From contig JBHGNT010000014.1 of assembly GCA_043228905.1 (NCBI GenBank), forward strand, positions 2,728,001-2,792,000: a DNA stretch of 64,000 nt, written 5' to 3'. How positions within the stretch are numbered: the first letter of the stretch is position 1; the number at the start of each line of letters is the position of its first letter. This document shows positions 10,191-22,535 of the stretch, piece by piece. Under the pieces are notes generated by a model that did no database searches, was not told where the DNA came from, and saw only the letters and a list, made by a program, of their open reading frames with translations. Origin of the DNA: Azolla caroliniana (lineage: Eukaryota; Plantae; Polypodiophyta). A program made the position numbers and the translations under genes.

Positions 10191-13100
10191 AGCTAAACCC
10201 TGAATTGACCTGGAAGACTAACTACCATGAAGGCAACTATTCCAACAACCGACTACAAAGCTCAACTATGAACGTTGGCAAATCAATTTTCCTTTCAACA
10301 TATGTATACGTTGTGGTGTTCCACGGAGACGATCAAACAAGAACCCATTTGGCATACACCAATACATACCAAATGTAGTCAAACATTGCGCTATACAATG
10401 GGGACAGTAAAACTTTGACTGCTTGAGCAAAAACTCGTTAAAAGTGTGTGAGAAGTTTCCCACCTACATAACAATAAAATAACTTTAGCGAATGGGCATG
10501 TGAGGGTATCATTCTAGATCAATGCCACCATTAACTAGGTGTGCACTCCAAACAAAGGTCACAAGCAACATAATCGAAATAAAGCCAATCACCTCTCCAC
10601 AACTTGTCATGGAAGAGCATGTACGTCACTAAGATCCATTGACTATGCCAAAATAATGTCTTACATGAGCCTAAGCATAGCAACATGCCATCCTTGGAAG
10701 GAGATCAAGCTTCCATGGCAGAATATATATTCCACTAATGATTGAAAAGAGACGGCCGCACATGCAACTTGGAAGGATATCGGGCTCCCATTAAATTTGA
10801 TGCAACTATCTGTCAAAATCATTGAAGGGTGCAACGAGTTAGTAATTGATGCTTTGGCAATCACCAACCAAGCTTGTTTTGCCAAATCGTAACTACTTTG
10901 CCATTCTTACCAAATTCAAGTTTACATGATTGATTTACATGGCTTAGACTGAGTGTGAAACCTCAATCATTGGTGGTTCCGAATTTCATTGAAAATGTTT
11001 ATGAGGTATTTGGTAACCCCATAGGATTCCTAGATGAGCACACTTCCAGGGCATTGCCAATCTTTCTCTCTTAATAAGTATCACAAATATCTTGCATGGG
11101 CATGGGTTTCTTCCAAGTTGGGATCCTTATTCCTTTAGAAATGATTTCCCCTTTCGTGAATGCATGTTTCTTTTTGTTCCAATACGTTATCTCTTTATTT
11201 ATTTATTATTTATTTTCCAAGAAAAGATACTACATTAGTATTAAGAAACACCCTATGGTTTTACATGAAATACATACATATAGGTAATTAGCCCTATAGT
11301 AAGTTCTAACTGTCGACCTAAATAAAAACTTTTGTAGAGTAAAACCACTCCACCTTGTCAAAAATCCGCCTATAAAATATTCCATTGTCCCATGTGGCAT
11401 GAAACTCCAACCATTGTAACTATGTTCGTTTGCATATTACCTTTTATGTTGTCCAGGGAACCTCTAAGATTATACAATATCTCTGTCCAAATCCCAATAA
11501 TTATATGAGCAAGTCTTTCTGTCACATTTTGGAATACCTAGCCTTCCAAATATACCAAATTGTGATACTACTTACCCATTTTCACATGTCAAGTTTACGA
11601 GTCTCTATTGGTGGATTCAAGGGTATCATTGTTTTTTATTTTAGACCATGTATCATAGAGGGAGCATCGCAACATCATCTTGTTCACATAACATTGGTTG
11701 ACCTTTTATAACAACCCATAATACCAGTCCCCATGTATACACCGCTTGAGGATATATTGGTATTAATAGTGTTATAATTCTTTTCCATATTTCCATTGCA
11801 AAATCACAACTCCACAAACAATCTTAGCGTTCTCCACGAGATACATATAAAAAGGACACATACCATCTGCATTCACCTCTTTTTCCACCCATTAACAAGT
11901 ATAACTCTGTGAATCAAAAACCTTATCTCTTGATATTATAATGTATCATTAGAAGTACTGCAAACCTCTATCACCAATGTCATTGCATTATGCCATGACA
12001 ATGATCATGTTTGAAGCAATGACCTCTAAAAGATCCTCAATGCAATTGGCATCATAATGGACTTCATCTCCTCGCTTTTTTTATTCGACCACAATGACAT
12101 ATTTTAACTAATATTCCATAACATGCAACGTAAACTGCATTGAATGTGCGCAGCATTTGGGGCCATTGTTGTTTTCCCACCCATCCTGTGTTGAATATAG
12201 CTTGCCACAAGAAAGAACACTTGCACTCTATCTCAACCAAATTTGAGTTCTCCTACTTCAAATTGTAGTAGAACTTTGTCAATAATGAAGATGTGATAAG
12301 ATGAACCAAGTTGTCATGGAAAAATACAAAAATATCCCATTGTTATTTTTTTATGAAAATCACTTCAAAAAACCCCATTGAACCTTTGCAAACATCCTCC
12401 AAACTATTTTGGCTCACCATGGCACCAAGCCATTGGCAACACAAACCGTGAATGGTATTTTTCTTCAAAAAGTAAAAATAATACCTCTATGATGAAATGT
12501 GGCCCATAAGACATAGAGGGATGTCTTTGAGGCATCTCCACAACCACCTTGATATCCTTAGTCTTCTCATCCCTTATAACTTCATCATAGTGAAGATGTA
12601 GAGAATCCTTTGATGTTTACTTCGGAACGTTAGGAGTATTGCCCAAAATTGCTTGGTAATCTCCTCCTCACTTTTGTTTATAATTTTTGTGTAATGATTG
12701 TCTAGGCAACAAGTGAACATATGCATTGTTAAACACAAGTGGCTAGCTACACCAACATAAACATTGACATCTCCATGAGGAAACAATGTGATGGGAGAGA
12801 AAGAACATGTGAAACCTTGGCAAGGGTCATGTGTTCCCGTAATGTGGAAGGGGACAAATACAAAATCACTTAAATGTAATGGAAATATAAAGCTAACTTT
12901 TTGGCTCTTCTTCACTTTCCGTCTTTTGGCTTGAGCTTCTCTCTCTCTCTCTCTCTCTTTTACAATATAGGTGAAAAATTCAAGACAAAAAAATTACGAG
13001 GGGTGGCATGTTTGATTATGAGAGAACTGGAAAAATATTTGTTGATCATAAAAATAAATGCTACATATGGCTTAAGATAGAAACACTAAATGAAATGCTC

Positions 13101-13469
13101 ATTTTTGAGGTAGATGCTACATTCCTCAACATGATTATACCTTTTATGCTCGTGTGGATAGAGATCAACCCTTTGTTAATCTAAAAGATGATATTGCTTT
13201 CTCCAAAGCCAAAGGGGAAGTTGTTGTCTTTGGTGACATGACTACTCGTACATAAATTTTGCAACTTGATGCACAACAACCTTTCACGCCACAAATCTCA
13301 AGGATTTAAAAGGATTCAAGAGGATATAAAATGTGTAGTCACTCTACTACGGATGAAAAGTTCATATCAATTTGAGAAGTTACTTCTATAAATGTGCAAC
13401 AATATCAAAAGGCTTATTGTAAATAGTATATCCTTATGGCCTAAAATTAATAGTTGTTTGGCACACATA

Positions 13470-14763
13470 TCATGTTCCTCACACAATTATCACCAAGTTT
13501 TGGCAAAAAATATGGAAACAACATCACATGAGGTGAATTACCACGTTATCGCGGAAATCCGTGTGTGCGCGTCGAAACGGGGCAGGACCACCAGGGTCAC
13601 GAACCAAGGAGCCGGCCGAAGTAGGATGCTCATCAGGAGGTCTTCGATAGATTGGTTGCCTGCTACATATCCAATCCGGATCGTTCTCGGGTGCTAGACA
13701 ACGAATGCAAGGGAATGGGGACGTGTAATGTTCCGGTCATGTCGTAGACAATAAACAATGAGAACGCAAGCTCGTGACTCGGGGAAACACGAGCAACAAG
13801 TAGGAATAAGCAGAAGCAGTCTTGACACAGAGAATGCAAAGGCACAACAAAGGGGAAATGGATTATATGAGAAGTAAGTACAACCGGACTCGTCCGGTGA
13901 CCGAGTTGCGCGCTCCGAGGACACACACACACACACATAGAAGATGACCCTCTAGTCGGGAGCGCACGAGCTTCCTAAGCGAGCAGAGGCGTCACCAAAT
14001 CATCACACAACAACAAGAGAGAGAGAGAGTCGTTGTTACAAGTGACTACTAATCTTTTGTATCATTGATATGTTGTGTCTCTTGGATGGTTATCATCTAA
14101 GGCTAAAGAAGAATGGAGATTACACAAATATGATCATGGGTGGTGGCAAATCTTACAACATAGTTGGCATTCTAAATTGCCACTTGTGGCAAAGGTCTTC
14201 ATTTGGAGAGTTTTGATTGGAGGATTGCCTTTGGGATTAGCTCTAAAGTGTCGTGGACTAGCAACGGGTAATTACTTTTTTTGCATTGTTCAAATGGAAG
14301 ATAGTACTCATCGATTTATACAATGCCCGATTGCTTCTCAGATTTGGAGTTACATTTCTCAAATTTGGCAAGTTTTATCATGGTGTTATTTGACACCTAC
14401 ATAGTGGGTGTTTGCACAATTTACACAAGTGGACCCAAAGTCAGAGATGGAGATTGTTTTTCTATTTTTGAGATATTGGGGATTGCATCATAATTGGAAT
14501 ATGCGCAATGCTTTTGTATTCGATGGTAGACATGGAGTGAAAGCATATCTACAAAAGTTGAAGGGAGTACTAATGTGACAATTTTCTATATTGGAGCAAG
14601 TGGAAATCCTTTCCTCGGTGGAATGTTCGTCTTGCCTATTGGCAATTCAACATGTTCCATTACCCATGTAGTGTAGTGTAGTTAGTGGGTGACCATACTT
14701 CATGGTCACACCCATTGTAAGTAGTGTTTTTTACACACATTTATTAATATAATTGTGTGTTTT

Positions 14764-14835
<72 letters not shown>

Positions 14836-15110
14836 AACTCTAACCGACAACACCTTCTCCTCCCCAAAACAGTCCCCAAACCTCCCCTTTTATAGGACAA
14901 GGGGAGACTGTTACATCACGATTAAAGGCAACCACTATTGTCAAGGATTTCCCTGGATTTCCTCATACTAAAATATTCTTTCTACGTGTGGGGACATAGA
15001 ATACCCCTTTAACTAGCCTACCTAGTACATAAGTATTTAACATCTATTTACAATTTAGCCCTTCGGCCCTTGTTTTTGTGCCTATTGGCACACCCCGGGT
15101 CTAGTAGGCA
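13470..15110 (-). mobile_element. Probable LTR (solo or remnant) in reverse orientation, carrying a LINE insertion
   Basis: GC-rich LTR-like sequence with a minus-strand TATA (ccccttttatagg near 14885) and a ...taggCA end at 15110. No TSD found, so the boundaries are approximate. Confidence 0.4.
14029..14767 (+). mobile_element. 5'-truncated L1 LINE copy (zf-RVT/3' end) embedded in a (GA)n microsatellite
   Basis: Close reverse-complement match to 22536-23273 (KLPLVAKVFIWRVLIG...FFCIVQMEDSTHRFIQCP). (GA)n at 14016-14029 and 14768-14831. No poly(A). Confidence 0.93.
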
Positions 15111-15130
15111 CGTTTTTAAGTGGCTCAGCT

Positions 15131-18100
15131 TTGGCATGGTTCACTCCATTGTTAGAAAAAGAATCTCTATTACTAAACAATTTTGAAGAGTTTATAAGCG
15201 AGTTTAAAGCATGTTTTGGAGATACTGATAGCACAAGGACAACAATCAATAAAATCCGATGGTTACATCAAGGTGATCGTCCAACTTCCGCATACGCTGC
15301 AAATTTTCGTCTACTCGCCTCCGATATCCCGTGGGATGACCTAGCATTAATGGAGCAATTTCGTTATGGTCTACGTAACGATGTCAAGGATTTACTCTTG
15401 ACCTTCCCCGAAGAACCAAAGTCATTGACAAAAGCAATCAGTCGTGCAGTACGATGTGATAACCGCCTCTTCGAACGACGTTCAAAACGTCAGTTCCAAA
15501 TGTTGAGGACAAGGTCGGAGCCCACCTACGCTTCAGTTGTAGCAAAGCCTTTCCCAAGGGAGTCATTTAATACGTCTCCAACAAATACTCCTACTCCAAT
15601 GGAAATCGACACCACACGTCGTCAGAACCACTATCGGAAGAAGAAAAGCAGCGACGTTGGGCAAATCGATTATGCCTTTGTTGCGGTGGACTGGGACATA
15701 TTGCAGTGAATTGTCCCCATCACCCAAGAAGACAGGTAAATCAAATAACCGCTAGTACTAATAGTACTAAACCCGAGTCTATTTCTCTAGGTGTGTCTGA
15801 TAGTCCTAATAGCCCAAGCCTTTCAAACAAATTTGAAATCCTTAGTCAACTAGAAGAAGAGTTAAACGATTAAGTCCAGCCGAAATAGGAGCCGTTTGGT
15901 TGGACAACCTAGATGTGTGACGTGGTCCAGATCATCCAATTGTCTTGGGGTTACCGTGGTTCAAATTACATAACCTAGACATAGATTGGAGAACAAGAGA
16001 AATCCGGTATCCACAAACCCGAGGATCTACTCATAAGATTGCAACCATTTTGCTATATCAATTGCATGAGGAAGGACGCAAGGAAGCAATGTTTGTCTTC
16101 ACATTATCAATAAATCCTTCCAACACTACTAAAGAGGAATCCACATGTCAACTTCCATAGAAGTATTGTCATTATGCCAATGTGTTCGATAAGGTACAAG
16201 CCAATACGCTTCCTCACCACCGACCGTATGATTGCCCTATCGATTTACAACCAGAAAAAGAGCCACCATGGGGACCAATCTACACCTTGTCACCAACCGA
16301 GCTAGAAGTCCTTCGAGCTTATATAGAGGATAATTGGCAAATGGTTTCATTCAACATTCGAAATCTCCAGCCGGCACACCCATTTTCTTTGTCAAGAAAA
16401 AGGATGGATCACTTCGTCTCATCATAGATTACTGTGGCTTGAATAAGGTCACCATCAGGAATAGGTACACACTCCCCCTTATCTCAAGTCTTTTAGAACA
16501 AATCAATGGTGCAAGGTTCTTCACAAAGATCGACTTACGAGGAGCATATAACCTCATACAGATTTGGCCAGGAGACGAATGGAAGACCGCGTTTTGCACC
16601 AGATATGGGCACTTCAAGTATACGGTCATGTCATTCGGTCTCACTAATGCCCCGATAGTCTTTCAGCGCATGACAAATGATATATTCCAAGATCTCTTGG
16701 ATGTTTGTTTGATCGTCTATTTGGATGATCTGCTGGTTTATTCGAAGACCCAAGAAGAGCATGATTCTCATGTACTATTAGTACTAAAACGACTTTGAGA
16801 ACATGATCTTTATGCAAAACTGGAAAATTGTAGTTTCGAGTGCAACCAGGTGGAATTTTTAGGCTATGTCATCTCCTCGGAAGGCATCTCTATGGATCCA
16901 ACTAAGGTCAAAACTGTGATAGAGTGGCAAACTCCACATTCGTTGCGAGATGTGCAATGCTTTTTAGGCTTCACCAATTTCTACCGCAAGTTTATACAGG
17001 ATTACTCAAAACTTATTCTACCTCTCACACATCTCACCAAGAAGGGGCAGTCATTTGTTTGGTCTAAAGAAGCGGACATGGCTTTTGTGAGTCTTAAGAA
17101 GGCATTTACATCAGCTCCTATTCTAGCTCATGTTGATCTGAAAAAACCGTTCATCATTGAGGCAGACGCGTTGGATTTCGCCTTGGGTAGCATTCTGTCA
17201 CAACAAGGCGATGATGAAAAGCTACATCATGTGGGTTTCCACTAACGCAAGTTTGACGCCGCCGAAATCAACTACGAAATTCACGACAAGGAGCTATTAG
17301 CAATAGTGGACTCTTTTACACAATGGAGGCATTTGCTAGAGGGATCTTCTCATCAAGTCACCGTATTTAGTGATCATAAAAATCTTGCCTACTTCTAGGA
17401 TGCTCGTGTATTAAATCAACATCAAGCTTGGTGGGCCCAATTCCTCGCTCGTTTCGACTTCAAAATTACATATCGCCCTGGGAAGCAGCAAGGGAAGGCA
17501 GATGTGTTATCACGGTGTTCGTATCTAGCACCACGTCTCAGTGAGCCAACATTCGATAATCAAAAGCAAGTAATCTTGGGACTGGCACGACTGCAAGCAA
17601 CGTGGGTTTTCGATACACCATCGGATTCCCACATTATCAATACCATACGGAAGGACTTGAAGACAGACGCTTTCGTTCAAGCCATTCAAGCACAAATTGA
17701 CCCCTCTCAAGCATCTTGCTCACAATCACAACAACCAAGTACGGACTATCGACAATTCGAATGTCATGATGGATTATTATTCTTTAAGAAGCTCTTATAT
17801 GTTCCTAATGGTTCTTGTCGCCTTCGAGTAGTTCAAAATTGTCATGACACATATACATTTGGGCATTTTGGTAGTACTAAAACATTAGATTTAATACAAT
17901 GATCATTTTGGTGGCCTCATATGCGACGATTTGTCGAAGATTATGTTCGGACATGTGATACATATTGCAGAGCAAAGATGCCAATACATCAGTCATATGG
18001 TTTATTGGAACCATTACCAATTCCAAGCAGGTCATGGCAATCCATTGCTCTAGATTTCATCACAAATCTTCCAATTTCTAAGGGATTTGATGCGATCTTA

Positions 18101-19420
18101 ATAGTAATAGATCGATATACGAAGATGGCCCATTTCCTGCCATGTACTAAGGAAATCGCTAGTGAAGAAACCGCCGAAACTGTCATGCGTGAGTATGTCA
18201 GCATCATGGCCTCCCCGATAGTATCATCAACGACCGTGGACCCCAATTCGTCTCGAAATTTTGGAAGCACCTCTTCAAATGCTCAAGGTCACTTGTAACC
18301 TCTCCTCCAGCTACCACCCGCAAACAGACGGACAAGCAAAACGAACAAATCAAACATTGGAACAACATCTTCGGTGTTTTCTAAGCTATCAACGAGATGA
18401 CTGGGCAAATATTCTCCACTTTGCCGAATTTGCGTATAATAACTTTGTCCGCTCATCGACTAGGGTTACACCATTTTATGCTTATATGGGCTATCTTACC
18501 CGGTGGTGTGTATTCGAAACTCCGGAGTTATTCACAAATCCTTATGTAGAGGATCGTTTGGAGCGGTTACGCAAGATACATGCGGACTTATCTACTCATT
18601 TACAACAAGCTCAACAAACACACAAGAATTATGCGGATCGTCATCGGCTTCCATCTAGTTTTAACATTGGAGATCGGGTATGGCTAATACGACGACACAT
18701 CAAGACTACTCGCCCATGCGATAAATTGGATTATTGGCGATTAGGTCCTTTCCGTATTATTGGAAAAATTAATGATGTCGCTTTTCGTCTCAATCTACCT
18801 CCGCAACTATGGATACATCCCGGATTGTTCGCAACAAGCCCTACTATTTGGTTGATTGGCTAGGCTATAGTCCAAGTGAGCGAACTTGGGAACTAATCGA
18901 GAATGTAGTAAATGCTCAAGCTCTTGTTAAGGACTTTCATCGACGATATCCTGACAAGCCAGGTCCTCCATCTAAGACGACTCGGGGAGTAGTGTCATGA
19001 TATAGCATGGTATGGTTTCAAAAGGATTTGAACCCATGACCTTGTGGCACATGGGCAAAAGCCTTACCATTAAGTTATTCCTTATAATATGTAGAATATC
19101 ATTTCTATTTATTATTTCACTTAGGAAATCCATGTATATTCTAGATTTCTCTGGAACATTCTAGAAATGTCAAGAGTATTCCTAAGCCACTATAAAAAGA
19201 GGCACATGTCATTATTGAGAACTAAATCGGTTCAATGCCAGTCTTAAGCCTCCTAGCTATCCTTGTATATTCTTTTCACATAATATATCTTTTGTTATCA
19301 TCATTCTCTCTCTCTCAATCTCTCCCTCTCTCTCTCTCCCCTTCTCCTTTTCTGAACTGTTCTGGACCCTCTTTTCCTCTTAGTACTAATTTCCTCTCTA
19401 TTTCAGTACTATTCTTGATA
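15131..19420 (+). mobile_element. Degenerate Ty3/gypsy chromovirus (Tcn1-like): gag, partial protease, RT, RNase H, integrase, chromodomain, PPT, 3' LTR; 5' end lost
   Basis: gag LMEQFRYGLRNDVKD and PTPMEID; [37 protein letters not shown]; RNase H EADALDFALGSIL; integrase IALDFITNLP, YHPQTDGQ, GPFRI; chromodomain [23 protein letters not shown] domain order. Confidence 0.93.
18993..19420 (+). repeat. 3' LTR of the gypsy element
   Basis: Follows the purine tract ggggagtag. Begins TGTCA and ends TGATA (TGACA-like). Internal TATAAAA near 19191. Confidence 0.7.
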
Positions 19421-22314
19421 GATATGGAGTGAAGTTGTAGCCACTCTAAAGAGCCAATATGATGGCCTCAAGGGCGGCTCCAATGAATTTGAAAGACAAC
19501 AACTAGCCATCATCCAACAATGGTCGCCCTCTCCCTTTCTTGACTCAGTGGGCATCCACATAAGATGGAACTATCGCGTCCCTATAGGGATTTGTATATA
19601 ACACCCTCAATTGTAAAATTTTATAACTAATGGACGGAGTTTTTTTGGAAAAAAAAAATCACAATGAAAATATTGTGATTGACTATATGAGACTTTTCAA
19701 ATTGGATCGCATACACAAATTGTCATTTGGAGAATGGACACAAGAATCTTATTATAGGAGTTTATGTATTGACCTCAAATATATGAAAAGCTTTTGAGTG
19801 TGAGAAAGTCATTAAAAATATCAAACCATCATAGTTGAGCATAAAACTTAAATGATCACCCATGTATTCCAAGGTGGTTGAGGATTTGTTACAAATGGCA
19901 AAGTTACAACATGATGCAACACTATAATGCAAACAGGAAGCTTTCATGCACAAGGAATTGCTTGTTGGCCAAGTACATACCTTGAAAAGTCATTAAGGAG
20001 TGAGTTCAAAGAAAAGATGGTTTGATAATGAATGACATGAAGGACAAAAATGCCTTATGAGTTTGGATGTGGTCAAGGATAAAGAAAATGATCAAAAGCA
20101 TTTGCATGCGTACAAAAGATTTTTTCCAAATATAGTGAAGAATATGGGAAGTTACTCAATAATCTCTCCAAAATAGAAGAGAAGGCACATGCGCATGTTA
20201 AATTTACGAGAAACCTTAGGGGGAACGATTTGACAATTAAGGCGATTGAACTTTGGTGGACTTGTCAATGCATTATAAGAGCTTATATGAGCAATCAAAT
20301 GCTAGAAAGAGTATATGTAATGGTTCTCTTTTACATATGTCTCCCTTCTTTACGATTGAAGATGTATGCATAAGGCTAAGTAATTAGCCTCTCAAATGAT
20401 AGGAGACCTTCACTGTAAAGGGCTAAATGCTCAAATAGACAGGAAAGTAAGCACATGCCTGGATATGTGATATTAATCATGCATTGCAACATGACACGCC
20501 TAATTATTGAACCTTACACAAAGGTGGAGAACGTAAATAATTATCCAACAATTAATGGTCAGGTCACATATGACAATACTATTTCGACGTATAATGGAAT
20601 CAAAGGCAAGTGCATGTGTTGGAACAAAAATAGTAAGAGAGATTAGGACAAGTTGGCTTTCAAAAACACAATCAATCATCTTGTCACCCTTTAAGTATTA
20701 ATGGAAGGCAGTCGCATATTGAGGTAAGGGTTTATATTGTTTCTTTTAGAGTTCAAGAAAGCATTTGATATGCACATGGAAGAACTTAAGGTATTAAATG
20801 AATATACATTTACAATTTCCCAAATCTATGGAATGTTTAAAAAAGCAACACTATTGGTGGTAAGAAAGGATGCCCTTTCTTACTAACTCTATTTGGTTTA
20901 TGCATTGATGAAGTAGTACAAGCATTGTCAAGTTTGTAAATGAAGTTCAAGCATTGAATAAGTTTTCATTGAGAATGTAGTCATCATGCTTTTGTTGTAT
21001 GTAGATGATGTGGTGCCTTTTTCAAGTACTTTAAGAGATGCACAGAAGCTTATGAGGGCGTTGGAAGAGTTTGGCATGTATACTAAGTTAAGTGTCAATA
21101 CTTCTAATATGAAGATTATGCTTGTGAAGAATCAAAATAAGGATAAACCGTGAATTATGTACAATATTGAGCCACTTGAAAATGTGGAAGGCTTTAGATA
21201 AAGACCTTGGCATTAAAGTTCCCTCAAGTCATAGATGGAATGGATGTATCACCTATCACATAAATGTGGGAAAGATAACAATATATTATTACACATTTTC
21301 AGAACACATGCAATGGTGGAAAAATTAAATCTTGAATCCTCAAGAAATACCTCGTCAACACTTTAATGACATTGATGCTTCTCTATGGGAGGGAAGTATG
21401 GGGAGACAACATTCCTACATCTACTTGGAAAGAGTTTGAAAATGTCGTAAAGCAGTTTTTTACAAAATTTCTCCAAGTGTAGAAATAAATGGCATGCACC
21501 CTTATATACTATTGAAACAAGAATCATAACCATGGGAAGGGTTGTTGGGTACATGTTTAAGGTTGGAAAAAGTCCCTTGTGTCTACTATACAGAATTCCA
21601 GGGGAAGCAAGCAAAGAGATCTAAAAGACACATAAAAGTAAAGTTTTATGTTCTTGTTGGATGCTAGATATGAAAAATGGTTTGAAAGATAGGATGCAAT
21701 ACACTTGCTTCATGATGCATCGATAGATTCGTCTATAGATTAATAATGTCATGTTTCAATGTTAATGTATCATAACATGGGACAATTTAAATGAAGCTCG
21801 TGCTTCACATGTTATACTACATATGTTGCACCTAGCAATAAAACCATATTCATGGCAAAACATGGAAGCTTCACACATCAATAAATGTTAGAGCCCATCT
21901 AGTTGTCCACCATCCCAAACCATTTCTTCCATACGACTTAGTTCACACTCACTTCGACCTTAGATGAGATGTTTGGGGTACAAGTGATGAGACTTTTTGC
22001 CAATGCACATTTGCCCAAAAAAAGTTTGGGAATCAAATATCATACTTTGATGCAACACTATCTTTGATCACATTCGAATATGTTTTCCACACATCTTTGA
22101 CCCAACCCAATCCTAGCATGATTTTCTCTTGTGGTCATTGTGTGCAATGTCAATTACAACATTCATTAATAAAGTTCTTGATTATCAAGAATCGTTACTC
22201 ACTTTACATGTACTACGTAAAGACATTCTTTTTTTTTTTACCTCATAGGTCATATTTGACCTTCAAAAACATTGGTAAAGTCTCTCTCTCTCTCTCTCTT
22301 TTTCTCGTAATTAG

Positions 22315-22500
22315 CTTACCCTAGTGGTAAGTTGTTAACACTACAAGCATTGCGTTTTGGGTTTGAAACCCAATTTTCTCACTTCTCTCTATTATATACT
22401 TCATAGATATCTCTTAATTCACTAGATGCCACTGTGGAATGTAGGGGTTCAACCCATGACCACCTGGTCTCCATTGGGCAACCTTACCAACTAAACTACA
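22315..22500. repeat. Two decayed tRNA-derived (SINE-head-like) segments in opposite orientation
   Basis: Plus strand: ctagtggtaag...gggtttgaaaccc. Minus strand: tgtagtttagttggtaagg...gtcatgggttgaacccc. Both show A-box/B-box spacing. Confidence 0.5.
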
Positions 22501-22535
22501 TCCAACTTTTTTCTCTCTCTCTCTCTCTCTCTCTC

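Larger units (their letters stand above)
12960..22280 (+). mobile_element. Highly decayed non-L1 LINE (RTE/RTEX/L2-like, clade unresolved), split by LTR-element insertions at ~13470-19420 and flanked by (CT)n at both ends
   Basis: AP-endonuclease remnants (VVVFGDMTTRT near 13220; VIDY near 19675), RT remnants (FKKAFD near 20752; LLYVDDVV near 20992) and a C-terminal RLSSHSL motif near 21935. (CT)n at 12937-12958 and 22281-22299. Confidence 0.55.

Noticed and set aside
10200-12900. Possible decayed DNA-transposon or LINE coding remnants
   Set aside because: No motif could be identified with enough confidence by eye.
19013-22500. Functional tRNA genes at 19013-19080 and 22315-22500
   Set aside because: The stems do not pair well and the acceptor arm length is wrong; treated as tRNA-derived remnants.
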